In this document: piece after piece, positions 10,951-23,007 of the stretch | Position numbering within the stretch: the stretch's first letter is position 1 | Layout: each line of letters begins with the position of its first letter | Assembly (NCBI GenBank): GCA_965644495.1 | Contig: CBFFSA010000068.1 | Span: 1 to 33,944, forward strand | Direction: 5' to 3' | DNA: 33,944 nucleotides | DNA from: Perkinsela sp. CCAP 1560/9 | Taxonomy: Eukaryota > Protista > Euglenozoa: Kinetoplastea | The notes under the pieces: model-generated | The model's database searches: none | Told to the model about the DNA's origin: nothing | The model's input: the letters and a program-made list of their open reading frames with translations, nothing else | Program-made: the position numbers and the translations under genes

Positions 10951-12165
10951 TCAAGGAGAGTTTTGGGTTGTCGGGGTTGATGACTCTGAGCTGCTTTCAT
11001 CTTCATTTTGAATCGTCACCTTGTCTTGGTGTTTCTTCTTCTTCTTCTTTTGCCGGCGATTTTTCTCCTCGATCTGTTCCTCCCAATCTCTTTTTAGGGC
11101 AAAAAAGAGTAACATTGAAGCACGCGCATCAATAATTGGAGAATGAGCACCTTGTTGAATCTTAAAATCGAGAATATGACGAACTAACCATTTGAGAGCA
11201 CGGGGTTTCGCTTTTTGTCGTGTAAGAGGTCGAAACTTTGCAGTATCTCGAGTTTCTTTGAAGGGGTGAGAAAGTTTTAAAGCGCGAAAATCATGTTGTA
11301 AGTGATGACCAAGAACGATCCTTCCTTTGAGAATCTCGGCAACTTCACTTTGAACTTGAGCAAATTCTTTCCCTTCCTTTAACATATGTTCTGGACGAAT
11401 TCCTGAAACTTTGGTTCTCCAGTTTGTCACAAATTCTGTTGGTTTCGCGTATGAATGATAAACACAAGCTCCTGTTTCGTTCACAATTGCAATTTCTGCC
11501 AGAATACTCTCCATACCATCTGGACCAACTCCAACCATCTCACAATCAACTGCTAACCGTTTGGTGAGATTTGTGTGGGAATCAGGGAGAGGGGCAGGGT
11601 CGGAGAGCCAAACTTTTGCCCTCTCTTTCAAGGCTTCCATTTCTTTTTCACGATTCCCTTTCATTTCTCCTTTTTCTTGGTCTCCATCACTCGGTGATGG
11701 AGTTGGTGCCCGGACTGGATTAACACCAATTTCTTTTGCAAGTTTTGTCCAGTTTGAATTCAGTAAAGCTGGTGATGGAGTCGGTTTTTTTTTTACTTTC
11801 TTGGCAGGTTGTTGGTGTTGTTGTTGTTGTTGTTGAACTTTCCTTGCAGGAGGAGGAGAAGGAGTTGAAGTGGTTTTTTGTTTTGGTGTGTTTGTGGTTT
11901 TTGCAGAAGAGGTTCGAGATTTCGAAGACACTTGAGAGGGAGGTTGAGAGGAGGATTTTTTCGCTTTCTTCGTCGGTTGTGCCTTTCCTGGAGGGGGTTG
12001 GGGTGTGGTGGCTTTTCGTTTTCGGTTCCCAACAGTTGTTTCTGCTGAGGAATTCTGTGAATTTTTTTTTTGAAATGTTTTCTTTGTTGATGTTGTTGAA
12101 GGTTTAAATCGTGGTCCTTCTTGTTTGTTTCTTATTTTCTTCGCTTTCTTCGAAGAGTCGCTCAT
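10951..12165 (-). CDS. REX4: RNA exonuclease 4 (DEDDh), single exon
   Basis: Basic disordered N-terminus, NSNW motif, LAVDCEMVGVG, WRTKVSGIRP, GRIVLGHH, RDTAK, IQQGAHSPIIDARA. Start taken at MSDSSKK. Confidence 0.94.
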   Translation of the reverse strand: MSDSSKKAKKIRNKQEGPRFKPSTTSTKKTFQKKNSQNSSAETTVGNRKRKATTPQPPPGKAQPTKKAKKSSSQPPSQVSSKSRTSSAKTTNTPKQKTTSTPSPPPARKVQQQQQQHQQPAKKVKKKPTPSPALLNSNWTKLAKEIGVNPVRAPTPSPSDGDQEKGEMKGNREKEMEALKERAKVWLSDPAPLPDSHTNLTKRLAVDCEMVGVGPDGMESILAEIAIVNETGACVYHSYAKPTEFVTNWRTKVSGIRPEHMLKEGKEFAQVQSEVAEILKGRIVLGHHLQHDFRALKLSHPFKETRDTAKFRPLTRQKAKPRALKWLVRHILDFKIQQGAHSPIIDARASMLLFFALKRDWEEQIEEKNRRQKKKKKKHQDKVTIQNEDESSSESSTPTTQNSP

Positions 12166-12480
12166 CCTCGAAGAAAATCGACAAAAAACCGAAAGTTTTC
12201 GATTTTCTTGGTTTGGCCTTTTTTTCGAAGATGACGTCAGAAAAAAAAACAAAAATCTAAATTAAGAAAGTTGTTTCGGCTAACAATCAAAAAAGACTTT
12301 GATACCTTTGAGCGCACTGAAATTTTAGAGCGTTTTGAAAAGCCCAACTCCACAATTTTTGTGAATTGAAAGAGAGGCTTTGTCAAAAAAGGGAGAGAGA
12401 GAGAGAGAGGAGAAAAGAACCATTGAGAAGAACCTTTTTGATTTGTGAGAGTTTTTTGTCCTTTTGTCAAAAACACAATT

Positions 12481-15397
12481 ATGAAGAAGAAGTTTGGAAG
12501 AGGAATTTTCACTGCCAAGAAACAAGAGGATATTGTTTTCGGTCGAGTTGATGTTCCATCCGATTTTGGTGGCGACCAAGGTTCCTCTCTAGAGGCTGGA
12601 ACTGGATCCGATGGTGCACACTCGATGGCCGAGCAAGTCTCGACCCCAGATGTTGGAGGAGGTTTTGATGGTGAAGAAAGCGGAGAAATTTCTTGGGGCG
12701 ATGTTTTGTGGGCATTTGATGGTGCGAACGAAGGAGAATTGGCAGTTTCAGAAGGTTCTCGTGTTATGATTCTAGGTGAGAGTGAAGAATGGCTCTTTGT
12801 TGAGTTTGAAGGGCAGCGAGGGTATGTTCCTCGTGCTTATATTGAACCAATTTTTGTGGAACCTGTCCAGAATGAGAGTGGTGAAAATCATCACGAAGAA
12901 GCACGACACGGAGAAGAACAGGGTGCTGGTGGTGGGGGTCCTCCTGATGAGTTTACCGAAAGAAAAAAGATTGCTGAAGAAATTCTTAGTACTGAAAAGT
13001 TTTTTGTAAATTGCCTTGGGTATATCACGGGAACTTACAAAGTTAAACTGGAAGCTTTAGCTGCTGATGAAACTTCAGGGATTGAGAAAACGGATATTAA
13101 AAAGATGTTTGCCAATATTGAGTCGATTGGAAAATTGAACGAGGGGTTGAAACTTCAAATAGAGGGTCGAATGAATAGTTGGGGACCTGAAACGAAAATT
13201 GGCGATATTTTTTCCAAGATGGCACCTGTCCTGATTATTTATACTGAGTACGCCAATATGTATCAAGAGGGTTTAAATTACTATAACCGTGAAAAGAAGA
13301 AGAATGAACGATTTGCCACAGTTTGTGACGAGTGTAAAAAAGAAGTTGGGTATGATCTGGAACATCTACTGATTATGCCTGTTCAGCGAGTTCCCCGATA
13401 CAATCTTCTTATTGAAGATTTGTTTAAAAAGACCCCTGATGATCACGTCGACAAAGCAGATCTCGGAACCGCTCTTGAAAAAATGAAGACCATTGCGAGT
13501 AAGATTAACGATTGTATGCGACAAACCGCGAAAGTCCGAGAATTGACCGCAATCGCTTCCAAGACACAGGGTCTATCTTCGTTGCTCGAGGCTCATCGTC
13601 GTTTGATTCGAGATTCAGTTATTACCGTTTCGAGGAAAGGAGTTGGAAAACAAACTGAGATCGATTCAAACAAAGCCTTTTATGCGTCTTCAACTGAGAA
13701 AATGCAATTTATTTTGTTTAATGACTTGTTGGTTTATGTTCCAAAGGCAAAGATGCACGATCCAATTAAATTTGGACAACAGGTCCCGTTACACTTGGTC
13801 TGGATGACAAGTAATCGTGTTCCGAACCAGTTTGATATCTTTGTCCCTGGTTTTCAGTTTACTCTCCAATTTGATGAAAAGAAGCAAATGGGAGAATGTG
13901 CAAACTGGATTTCCGACTTTACGAAAACAGTTGACGAACACCTGAAGCGATACTGGAAAGATAAGATGGAAGGTGAAATCGAAGCAACAAAGAAGAAGAT
14001 GACTGAATTGAAGATCGATTCTTGGGTTCCAGATGTTTCGCTTGCAGACCTGAATTCTGAATTCCCGATTCGTTATGGAAAGTATTCTTTCCATGACTCC
14101 GCAACATTTCAAGGGTGGTTTAGTAATGGAGTGGCCACTGGTTTTGGAACTTATGCTCTTCATGGCAATGAATATGAGGGTCTCTTTGATGATGGCTTGC
14201 AGTCCGGTCTTGGGAGATGTCGGTATTATACTGGTGACTCGTACTTTGGGCATTGGTCTGGTGGTTTGCCCAATGGGTGCGGATTGTGGTTTGAATATTC
14301 TTTTTAATTTTATTATTTTTCATTTGATTTTGAGTGGATTTTTTTTTTTGATTCGTATGAATTCCTAAACCTTTATTCTGTTTTTCTTTCCAAAAGGGTT
14401 TCGGGAAGTAACGATCGATACGAAGGGGAGTTTCAAAATAACAGGAAGCACGGAAAGGGGGAAATTGTGTGGAATAACGGAGACAAATTTTCTGGTCAAT
14501 TTGTTGATGACGAACCAAATGGTTATGGCGAATTGATATTTGGTCGAGGGCTTATCTATCATGGTGAGTTTGAATCTGGAATGTTCCATGGTAAAGGAAT
14601 CCTTATCGCTCCTACCGGAAAGAATTATTCAGGTGATTGGGTGCGAAATGAAAGATGTGGAAACGGAATTCTAAAATATTCTGATGGTTCTTTTTATGCT
14701 GGTCGATGGCTCGACAATAAGGTTTTTTTCTCTCTCTTTTTTCTCTCTTCTTTCTTTTTTTCTTTCTTTCTTTTTTTTGCTCTTTCCCTTCTTCTTTCCT
14801 TCCCACTTTTTTTGTGAAAAAAAAAAGATCAATTCAAATTTCTCGGATAGTTTAATGGAAGTGGTACCTTCTACAATTCATCAGATGGGTGTACTTATGT
14901 GGGAGAATTTAACAAAGGATCCAAAGAAGGAGAAGGAACAATTTTGTATCGAGACGGAAGTTATTATTCTGGTCAATTCAAGAATGATCGACGACACGGA
15001 AAAGGGTCTTACACAATCCCTGACACTTTGTCTTATATTGGCGGTTGGAGAAAGGATTCGGTTATTTCTTCTTCTTCTCTTCTTTTTCTTCTTTTTACAT
15101 TCTTTTTACATTCTTTTTACATTCTTTTGTTCTTTCTTTTTTTCTTATTATTATTTTTGAAGTCTTTTCTGAACATTTCAATAGTTCAATGGAGCAGGAA
15201 AAGTGACAAGGGCCAATGGTGTCAGTTTTGAGGGAACTTTTGATATGGGGCTTCTTAACGGAAACACCAGCATCACACTCCCAGGATCGAAGGAAAAAGT
15301 AAATATGCATCCGAGCCACATCAGCGATCCTCGTCTCTCGTTTGAGTGCCCTCCTCGTGCTTCTAACTTCAATGCTCACGTCGAATTTGCTCTCTAA
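12481..15397 (+). CDS. SH3-DH(RhoGEF)-PH-MORN repeat protein; 4 exons
   Basis: SH3 (VLWAFDGANEGELAV...EEWL...GYVPRAYI), DH (ERKKIAEEILSTEKFFV...LLIMPVQRVPRYNLLIEDLFKKTP), PH (FILFNDLLVY), and many MORN repeats (YEGEFQNNRKHGKG etc.). Donors at ~14289, 14722 and 15061. The start may instead be 12625. Confidence 0.9.
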
Positions 15398-15885
15398 CCT
15401 GTTTTTTCTCAGCCAGCCCTACTCTCCCTTTTTTCTTTGTCAGTTTTTTCGATCCGGAGTTGGTTCGTCCAATCAATTTGCCTTTTTTCGAGAACAGAAC
15501 CCCCCCCTAGCCATCCCTTTCTTCAATCAGGAAAGCGACATACCTTGTCTATTGTAACAATAAAATGCTCTTTGACGAAAAATATTGTTTATTTTCATTT
15601 TTTTTACTTTTATCAAGAACAAACTTGACAAAATTCCGCTCTCATTTGAAATCCTTCTCGGTGTTTGTTTAATTAATATTCCCTTTTTTTTTGTGGGAAA
15701 CCTCTTTACCAGTAAAGCCAGACCTGAAATGACCAAAGAAGATCGTTTTTCAAAAAATGCTCAAAAAGTCCAAAAAATACCAAAAGTTTTTTCGCGTTTT
15801 TTTTTTCGTGTTTTTTTTGTTTCTCTTTTGGTTCGAAAAGAAAAGAAAAGAAGCGGAACAAAGGTGAAAGAAAAGAGAGAGAGAG

Positions 15886-18800
15886 ATGGGTCAAAAGAAA
15901 AACAAATTTCAAAAGAAGAATAAGAAAGAGGTTGAGAAATTGGGAAAAGGAAAAAAAGCCCCCAAAAATGCCACAGTCACTCAGTTTAAAACACGAGGTT
16001 TTTCTTTTCTTTTCTTTTTCTTCCTGCTTTCTCCTTTCTTTTTTCTCTTTCTTCTTTTCTCTTTTTTCTTCCATTCTTTCTGATTCTAGTTAAATTTGGT
16101 TTTTTTTTCATTTTTCCTCTTTTCCTTTTTTTTTCCTTTCCCCCTTTCCATTGTTTTTCTTCTCTATTTCCCCCTTTTCTTTTTTCTTCTTCTCTTTCAG
16201 CAATCAATGTAACGGAACCAATTGCCTTAAAAACCAAGTCTGGAGATGTAAATGAAAGAAATTTAACTTTATCTGACCTTTACTCCAAACTCAGGCATCA
16301 CCGTGATGTTTCACGAAAAGGTTTGTTTTTTACAAAAGAAGAACAAAAGAGAAGAAAAGAAGAACAAAAGAAGATCAAAAGGAGAACAAAAGGAGAACAA
16401 AAGGAGAACAAAAGAAGAACAAAAGAAGAACAAAAGAAGAACAAAAGTTTTTTTTTTGCAAAAGAAGAAATAAAAAAAAACTCTGAGATTTTGATTTGAG
16501 GGATTGACTAACAATCGAATTGACCATCTTGAAATTAGATGCAATCGAGAGTATCCAAGACTTTTTGGAAGTAAGAGAAGGGCTTATTGAGATGGAGTTA
16601 AGTAAATTACTCCAAAACTGCCTCCCCTGTACCACGGATCTGCACCCTCCTGTTCGTGTCGCCTTTCTGAAACTAATAGAGAAAATTTGTGAGTAGTTTT
16701 TTTTCTTTTTTTTTTTTTTTTTTTTTAAAAATAATCTTTTTTCTTTTTCTTCCCTCCCTTTCCTTTTCCTTTTCCTTTTTGGTCTGGTTGGATAAAAAAC
16801 AGAAACATTCATTTTCCTAAACACTTTTTTTTTTATTAGTTACTTCAGTCTCTCCCTCAAATATCCGCCCTTTTCTCCCTCTTATTGTTGCCTACATCTC
16901 ACACTCAGTCACTCACGAGTTGATTGTTGTTCAATCTGATGGAATGCGCCTCTTGCAGCTTCTCATTCGCTTCTATCCTTCTCAAATCCCCTCGTCTGAA
17001 TATATTTCCCTTCTCCTTCCAAAAATAGTTTGTTTGATCATCCAGCGATTTAAGGACTTGAAGAGTCGAGTAAGTGGGAGTGGGGAAACTGAGAAGGGGT
17101 CCCCTTCTACAGGATCAGGAACAGGACCAGGAACACCAAGCAAGAAAAGTACTAAAGGAGGTATTTCCGGATTGACACTCCTTTTGGATGTCTTCTATTC
17201 TCTTTTGAAATTGTGTGTTACAAAGATAAGCGATGATGGGGGTGTTTCTGGCTCCAATATCCTTAGTTCCACAGAAATTTCTTTCCAATCAGAGCCAAAT
17301 CGAACCTCATCATGCTATCCAAAGAGTCTAGATTGGAGCTCAATTGAGGGACATGAAGGAACGAATTGTGGTGTTTGGGAATGGGAGAAGGAAAGCCAAT
17401 TCATTGGAGAACTGGGAATTGGAGGAAAGCTTGACACCAAGGGTATTAAATCTGTGGTTGGGCTCTGTTTTCGTTCTCCGGCCATCTCTCCATCATCAAC
17501 TTCATCCTCTTCATCTTCCTCCACCTCCCCATCAAACACTCCTTCTTCCGCAAATCAAAGATCAGCCCTCACAGGAACACTCCTGGCAATGTTGTCATCA
17601 GATATGCTGAACCTGCTTTCTCCATTTGAGAATCCTCAACAACACCTCGTTAAGTGGCATTTTGGATGGACCCTTCGTATGATTGAGATTCTTTTTAGCT
17701 ATTGGGTGGAAATTGCCCCTAGCAATTTGATTGTAATGGCCATGACAGGGAGAGGAAGGATAACTGGTCAATTCTTTGAGGAGTGCTCATTGTTAACCTT
17801 AGTATTGAAGTTTCTCAACCTCTTCTTGGATCTTTGGGTCACTGATTTAATGAGCGTCGCCGCTTTATCAGGCAGGAAATTGACCATTGATAAAATTACT
17901 TTGAGTGCAATGAAATTCGTTTTAGAAGGGGTTGAACGTCATGTTATTTCCTCCTTTCCTTTAGATTGTGAAGGCTCAGTTGATCCTGATGTTGGGGTAA
18001 CTTTTTTTAAACTCAATTTGGAAACGGGTCGCTTAATTGCAACGTTTTTGCGACTGCTTGGGATTGCGTATCCAGTTCGCCCAGTTGAAAGTGAGGATCA
18101 ACAAAAAAAGGTTCATTTTTTTCTTCTTCTTCTTTTTCTCTCTTCCCTTCTTGTTTACAACTCATTCCAAGAATATTGGTCTAATTAATTTCTCACCTTT
18201 TTAAAAGGAAAAAGAACATTCTTTTGTCCAATCAACAATTTCAGAGAAACCAAAAGGCGAAAAAAATAGCTTGACAACAGAAGTCCCTCTCTCTTGGGTT
18301 TCCCAGCTCTCCGACTTTTTATCTCGTTCGATGGAAACACGACTCCGAAAGCAAAATTCCTCATCGTCAATCCAAGATTCGAACCAATCAATGTCCCAGA
18401 GTGACCAAGTTGAAAGTAGTCTCTCTCTTTTTTTGAATGTGATGAAAAGTATTCACCGATCGTTATCTGTGGATGTTTGTGACTTTCGATTTACCTTGTT
18501 GAAAGAATTTTCTTCTTTCTTTAAACAATGCCAACCAACTTCTCCTGCAAAGTTTTTTTGTTTACAAGTCGTTGAATGGTTGCTTCGAAATTATGAATGG
18601 CGATGTCTCACAGAAAAAGAGGCAAATGAAGGCAGCCAAACTTCAAGCGAAGAAGAGATCGCTAATGAATGGGTTATGTATTTACCAAAACTCCTCTATC
18701 AAATCAGTCAAACAGATCCGTCGTCACGCCTCCTTCCAATATTGCTCAATCTTCTCCTCCACATCTGCTCGCGCCTTCCCCCTTCCCCAGAGGTCGCAAA

Positions 18801-20072
18801 TCGGTTTCAAAACAGCCCTCAGCGTCTTTTTACAATGACAGAATCCAAGTTTTCTTCTCTTCAAACAGCTTTGGTTCCATTTCTTCATGTTGTGTCTGCA
18901 AAACATGGAGGGGGAATTTTGGGGCCATTTTTAGAATTAGATGTCGCATTCCAAAGACTTTTTCTGAGTTCTCTGTCCTATTTTCCAGAAATCCATCCCC
19001 GAACTCTCCGAGCTCTCGCTTTTGTTGCATCCGATTGTACTGGTTTGTTGAAAAAAAATTAATTCAAAAAAAAAAAGGCAAAAAAATAATTTTTTAACCA
19101 CCACTCATGACAGGAGGGAGAAAAATGAGCGAAGAAGGTCTGGTGTGCCTCTTAGACTGTTTGGTCAGTCGTGTGAATAGAGATTCTTCATGTTTGTTTT
19201 ACTTTTTGATAAAAAACTGATTCTTGTTTTTTTTTTTTTTTGAGCTCAAGAAATCGCTCAAAAAAAATGCTCACCTTTTCCTTCAACTAGATCTGGGGTC
19301 CTTTTTTTCCTTTCTCTCGACCCTATTAGTTCGCCGAGCAGACCCTTCTCCTTCTCAAACAGTCACCGTTGTTTCCAATCGAAAACGAAAAAGATCAACT
19401 CCCTCTTCTGAATCACCACCTCTTCCCATGAATCTTGAAACAGAAATTCCTCTCTTTTGCAATGCGCTTTGTTCGCTCCCACAACTCCCTCATGCTGGAG
19501 GAATCACTCTCCTTGAGCGATGTTTAGCATTAATTCCTGAAGATTCTACAAAATCGAAAACGGCTATCTTTTCGCTTGTTTCTCTTTATCTTGATCGAAC
19601 ACAGCAAAATTGGGAAAATGAAATTTTCTCTGCGAGTGCGAAAGACTACCTTGCAAGAGAGATTTTAAATGTTCTAATCCACATCCAAAACTCCACTCAG
19701 ACTAAAACACAACTTGGTTGTTGGGAGTGGGAACGCTGCCTTGATCTTTTCTGTTTGAGTCCAACAATTTTCCCTCTTTTTTTGGAGAATGTCACCCAAA
19801 GGCTCGCCTCATCTTCTATTAACCGAGATACCACAAAAAAAGTCCCACCACCCTCTCCTTCTTCGTCTTTATCGGAGACGAAGATTCATCAACCACAAGT
19901 TGAGGAGGTCTTATTAGTCGTGAATGAAGTGATTAAAACATCTCGCCTTCATTCAGTTCTGCGGAAATATCGAAAATCTTGCTTGGGTTTCAGGGATTTT
20001 GTCGGGAGTCTTCGTTCTCCATCTGCTCCCTCAATCCTTCTTTCTTTTGAAGTTGGTTTGGGGAAAAAATAA
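15886..20072 (+). CDS. TEX10: Pre-rRNA processing protein IPI1 / TEX10 homolog (rixosome subunit); about 7 exons
   Basis: Spliced N-terminus MGQKKNKF...KLGKGKKAPKNATVTQFKTRAINV...NERNLTLSDLYSKLRHHRDVSRKDAI...VRVAFLKL...IRPFLPLIVAYISHSVTH...QSDGMRLLQLL matches the Ipi1_N pattern. It is followed by long HEAT-like helical exons. Confidence 0.85.
16336..16447 (+). repeat. Intronic ~11-bp tandem repeat (AAAAGAAGAAC / AAAAGGAGAAC)
   Basis: About ten imperfect units in TEX10 intron 2. Confidence 0.85.
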
Positions 20073-20571
20073 CGTCAACTTCTTCAATCCGTTCCAACAT
20101 GGGTGGTGGGGTCGATGGTTATTGCATGTTATTAATACCCTTCTTGAGCGATCAACTTCTTTTTTTTTCATGGTGTTTTTTGCTCTTTCGATTCCTTCCT
20201 TTCTTTGTCTGGGAAACATTTTAGATGGATTCTGTTTAATAATGGGACAAAAGTGGTCAGGTCGTGATGCATACCCGTTTATTCAAAGAAAAAAAGTGGA
20301 GAAGGATTATTACAACAAGGAAACTCTCCGCCAGATATTGCCTTGCCAAATGGGGGGGGGCAGTCGCGGGTCACACATAACGACCGTGTGACAGCGAGGT
20401 TTGGTTTTGGATGGAAAAATTGATAAAGTACTTCTTTTTTCCCTGTTTTTTTCTTTTGGTTTTTTTTTTTCACAGACATGGATAGAAAGAGGGGAGAAAA
20501 GGAAGACTCTATCAATGATGGAGAGGGCGTCGGGTTTTGAGTTTAATTTTTATTTCTTTTGAGTTTTTTTT

Positions 20572-20712
20572 TCATGAAAATTCTGTTCCACACTTCCCAC
20601 AAAAGGCCGCTTCAGCAAAAGGCTTTGGATTTGCACATTTTGGACAGGGAGTGACAGGGAGCTTTGCGGTGGTGGATAAGAAGGTGGAGGCGAACAAAGA
20701 ACTCCTGTTGTT
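20572..20712 (-). pseudogene. 3' fragment of a paralog of the 21815..22717 gene
   Basis: Encodes PCPKCANPKPFAEAAFCGKCGTEFS* versus SCVKCTNPKPFPDAVFCGKCGTEFPA*. The upstream PPPSYPPPQS segment (versus PQPSYPPTQS) is in a different frame, indicating a frameshifting deletion. Confidence 0.75.
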
Positions 20713-20901
20713 CATGCATTTGATGCGGGGATATCCGATGAGCTCATTGAATTCGCACAACGAACCATCCAACAATTTTGGCAACTTTTTCGGAACTTTT
20801 TCGCAGCTTTTTCTTTTTGTTGTGACACCATCCACGAATGGCCTTAATTTCTTTTTTTCTTTGACAAAAGCTGTTATTCTTTTTCCAATTCCTTTCTCGC
20901 A

Positions 20902-21456
20902 ATGGGAGTTTTTATGTCGATGTGCACTGGTCTTTCAGATTCTCAAGTCATTGAGCAGGTGGCTTTTGATTTTGGAGTGCTCCAACGTGAAGTCAAAATT
21001 GTCGACTCGGTAACAATATTCTTTACTCACTTGCAACTTTTTTAAAGATTTTTTTTTTCGACTGAGTTGTTAACTTTCTTGTAGTTGACCGACCCAGGTT
21101 CTGGGACATATCGAATGACTGTCTGTGGCGAAGAAGTTACTTACAATCTGATGGGAACTGTTCTAACTCGAGATGCCCATTCTCCTTCTCCAGCACAATT
21201 ACGAAACTCAGGAAAATTACCAGCTGCGCCAAAACCAGAAGGACGTCCAACCTCTCACCCTGTGGCAAAAAAAGTCGCTTTTGATAAGAAATGCAATCCT
21301 TCTGAAGTCCTGATGGTGAGAGAGAAAGAATCCATGGGGTCTGGCACCTTTGAGTTGCTTGTGAAAGGAGAATTGGTAAAGTACAAGAAAGTTGGAACTG
21401 TCTACATGCCTGATGAAGTGGATCCAATTCAATATATGCAACAAGGAAGAGGATAA
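20902..21456 (+). CDS. Hypothetical ~159-aa protein with two copies of a ~45-aa domain and an N-terminal MG..C motif; join(20902..21009,21085..21456)
   Basis: MGVFMSMCTGLSDSQVIEQVAFDFGVLQREVKIVDS|LTDPGSGTY... joined by a phase-0 GTAACA...TGTAG intron. The internal repeat spans the splice junction, which supports the model. Confidence 0.8.
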
Positions 21457-21814
21457 TAAGGTGGATATCCTTCTGTTTTTTTATTATTTGTCAAAAACCT
21501 GCAAGCAATCAGTGTGGAAATAAAATTCTTAAAGAACTAACTTTTGAGAAGGTGGAAATCTTTATCACATTGGAATGTCTTCTCCTTTATTCCATTGGAA
21601 AAGTTCGTTCGAAACCATCCAGAGGCTCCACTCGCCAGTTTCACACAAAAAAGAAACAACCCAAAAAAGAGACGTCAAAAAGTCGAGAAGAGGTCGTTTT
21701 GACACCCAAAAAAAGAGAAATCTTCAATCTTTTTCTTTTTGTTTTTTCCGCTCGCCTCAATCATCTGCGTTCCAAACAATTTTTGTTTTTTTGTTGTTTT
21801 TTTGTTGTTTTTGA

Positions 21815-22717
21815 ATGGGAGGTAATTATTCACAGATCGAGGATGAGGGTCCTCACTATAGCGAATTTGAATTCCAAAACCGAATTGAACTTTCGAAAGG
21901 TCAAAGAAACTGCCTTCTTTGTATGTCCATAGCCTTTTGTTGTCCTTGCATATATTGTTGTGTTGTTTACAGCCTCCCTTATTACAGAGGAATTCCCCTC
22001 AATTCACGTCCTTTGGTCGATGGCCAAGCAGAAGATTATTCGAGAAGGATGGATGGTTCTTTTTCCTTTGCGACTCTCAGTGCCACAATGCATGGTGGGA
22101 AACCAATCCCATACACTTACGAGAAGGTGGAGATTTATGGGAGAAAAATGATTTATAGTGGAGGATTCCATGCTGTCTCTCACCACAACCATCACCATGG
22201 CCATACTCACCATGGCGCACAACCAAACCAACCCCAAGAGATGCATCTGAATTTCTTTGAAAAGGACCAATCGAGTGTTTTTATTGACAATTATGGTTCG
22301 ATTATGGATTTAAGGGAAACCGATTTTGTGACCCAAATCGTGATTGATCATTTTCTTGGTTTTCGCATTCGATTGACCAGAATGGGTCAAGTTCAAGCTG
22401 TTCTCATTCAACCAGCTGCTCCTGTAATGCAAGCCCCTTATCAACAACAAGCTTACCCCCCTCAACCTGTAGGAGTTGCTTATCCACCTCAACAACTCCA
22501 ACAACCACAACAACCTGTAGGAGTTCCCTATCCCCCTCAGCCTTCTTATCCACCAACGCAATCTGACCCTTACTCACCCCAACAACCTCTGTTAACAAGC
22601 CCGCCTCCTTCCGAAGCGCCAACCGCACCCCCAGTATCTTGTGTTAAATGTACAAATCCGAAGCCGTTTCCTGATGCTGTCTTTTGTGGAAAGTGTGGGA
22701 CAGAATTTCCGGCATGA
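21815..22717 (+). CDS. Hypothetical protein: Cys-rich hydrophobic segment, His-rich patch, Pro/Gln-rich region, C-terminal CxxC...CxxC zinc ribbon
   Basis: Intact 300-aa ORF with coding-like composition: CLLCMSIAFCCPCIYCCVVY, HHNHHHGHTHH, YPPQ repeats, CVKC...FCGKCG. Confidence 0.85.
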   Translation: MGGNYSQIEDEGPHYSEFEFQNRIELSKGQRNCLLCMSIAFCCPCIYCCVVYSLPYYRGIPLNSRPLVDGQAEDYSRRMDGSFSFATLSATMHGGKPIPYTYEKVEIYGRKMIYSGGFHAVSHHNHHHGHTHHGAQPNQPQEMHLNFFEKDQSSVFIDNYGSIMDLRETDFVTQIVIDHFLGFRIRLTRMGQVQAVLIQPAAPVMQAPYQQQAYPPQPVGVAYPPQQLQQPQQPVGVPYPPQPSYPPTQSDPYSPQQPLLTSPPPSEAPTAPPVSCVKCTNPKPFPDAVFCGKCGTEFPA

Positions 22718-23007
22718 GAGTCTTCAAAAAATAAATATTTTTGTATTCTTCTCTTTTTTATTTTCTATTAACAGCTTGCTTGGATTGACAAGTTTTGGTT
22801 TTCAATCCGATCTCCTCCCTAAACAAAAGGAACTTTACAACCCAATAGAAAAAGAGAAGAAAAGTCAGAAGCCAGCCAGCCCTTTTTTTGAACAAAAATT
22901 CATTTCATTGAAAAAGATTTTTTGAAAACTGTTCTCTTTTTTTTTTCTTTCCTTTGTTTTATTTTTCTGTTTTTTGAAAATATTTGTTTTCTTTCTGTCT
23001 GGGACAC

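Noticed and set aside
12232-12239. TGACGTCA (CRE-like) palindrome in the divergent REX4/RhoGEF promoter
   Set aside because: A single 8-mer is expected by chance at this scale; there is no supporting evidence.
15585-16824. Many Phe- or Lys-rich short ORFs here and throughout the track
   Set aside because: Translations of poly-T/poly-A introns and spacers, or antisense to real genes.
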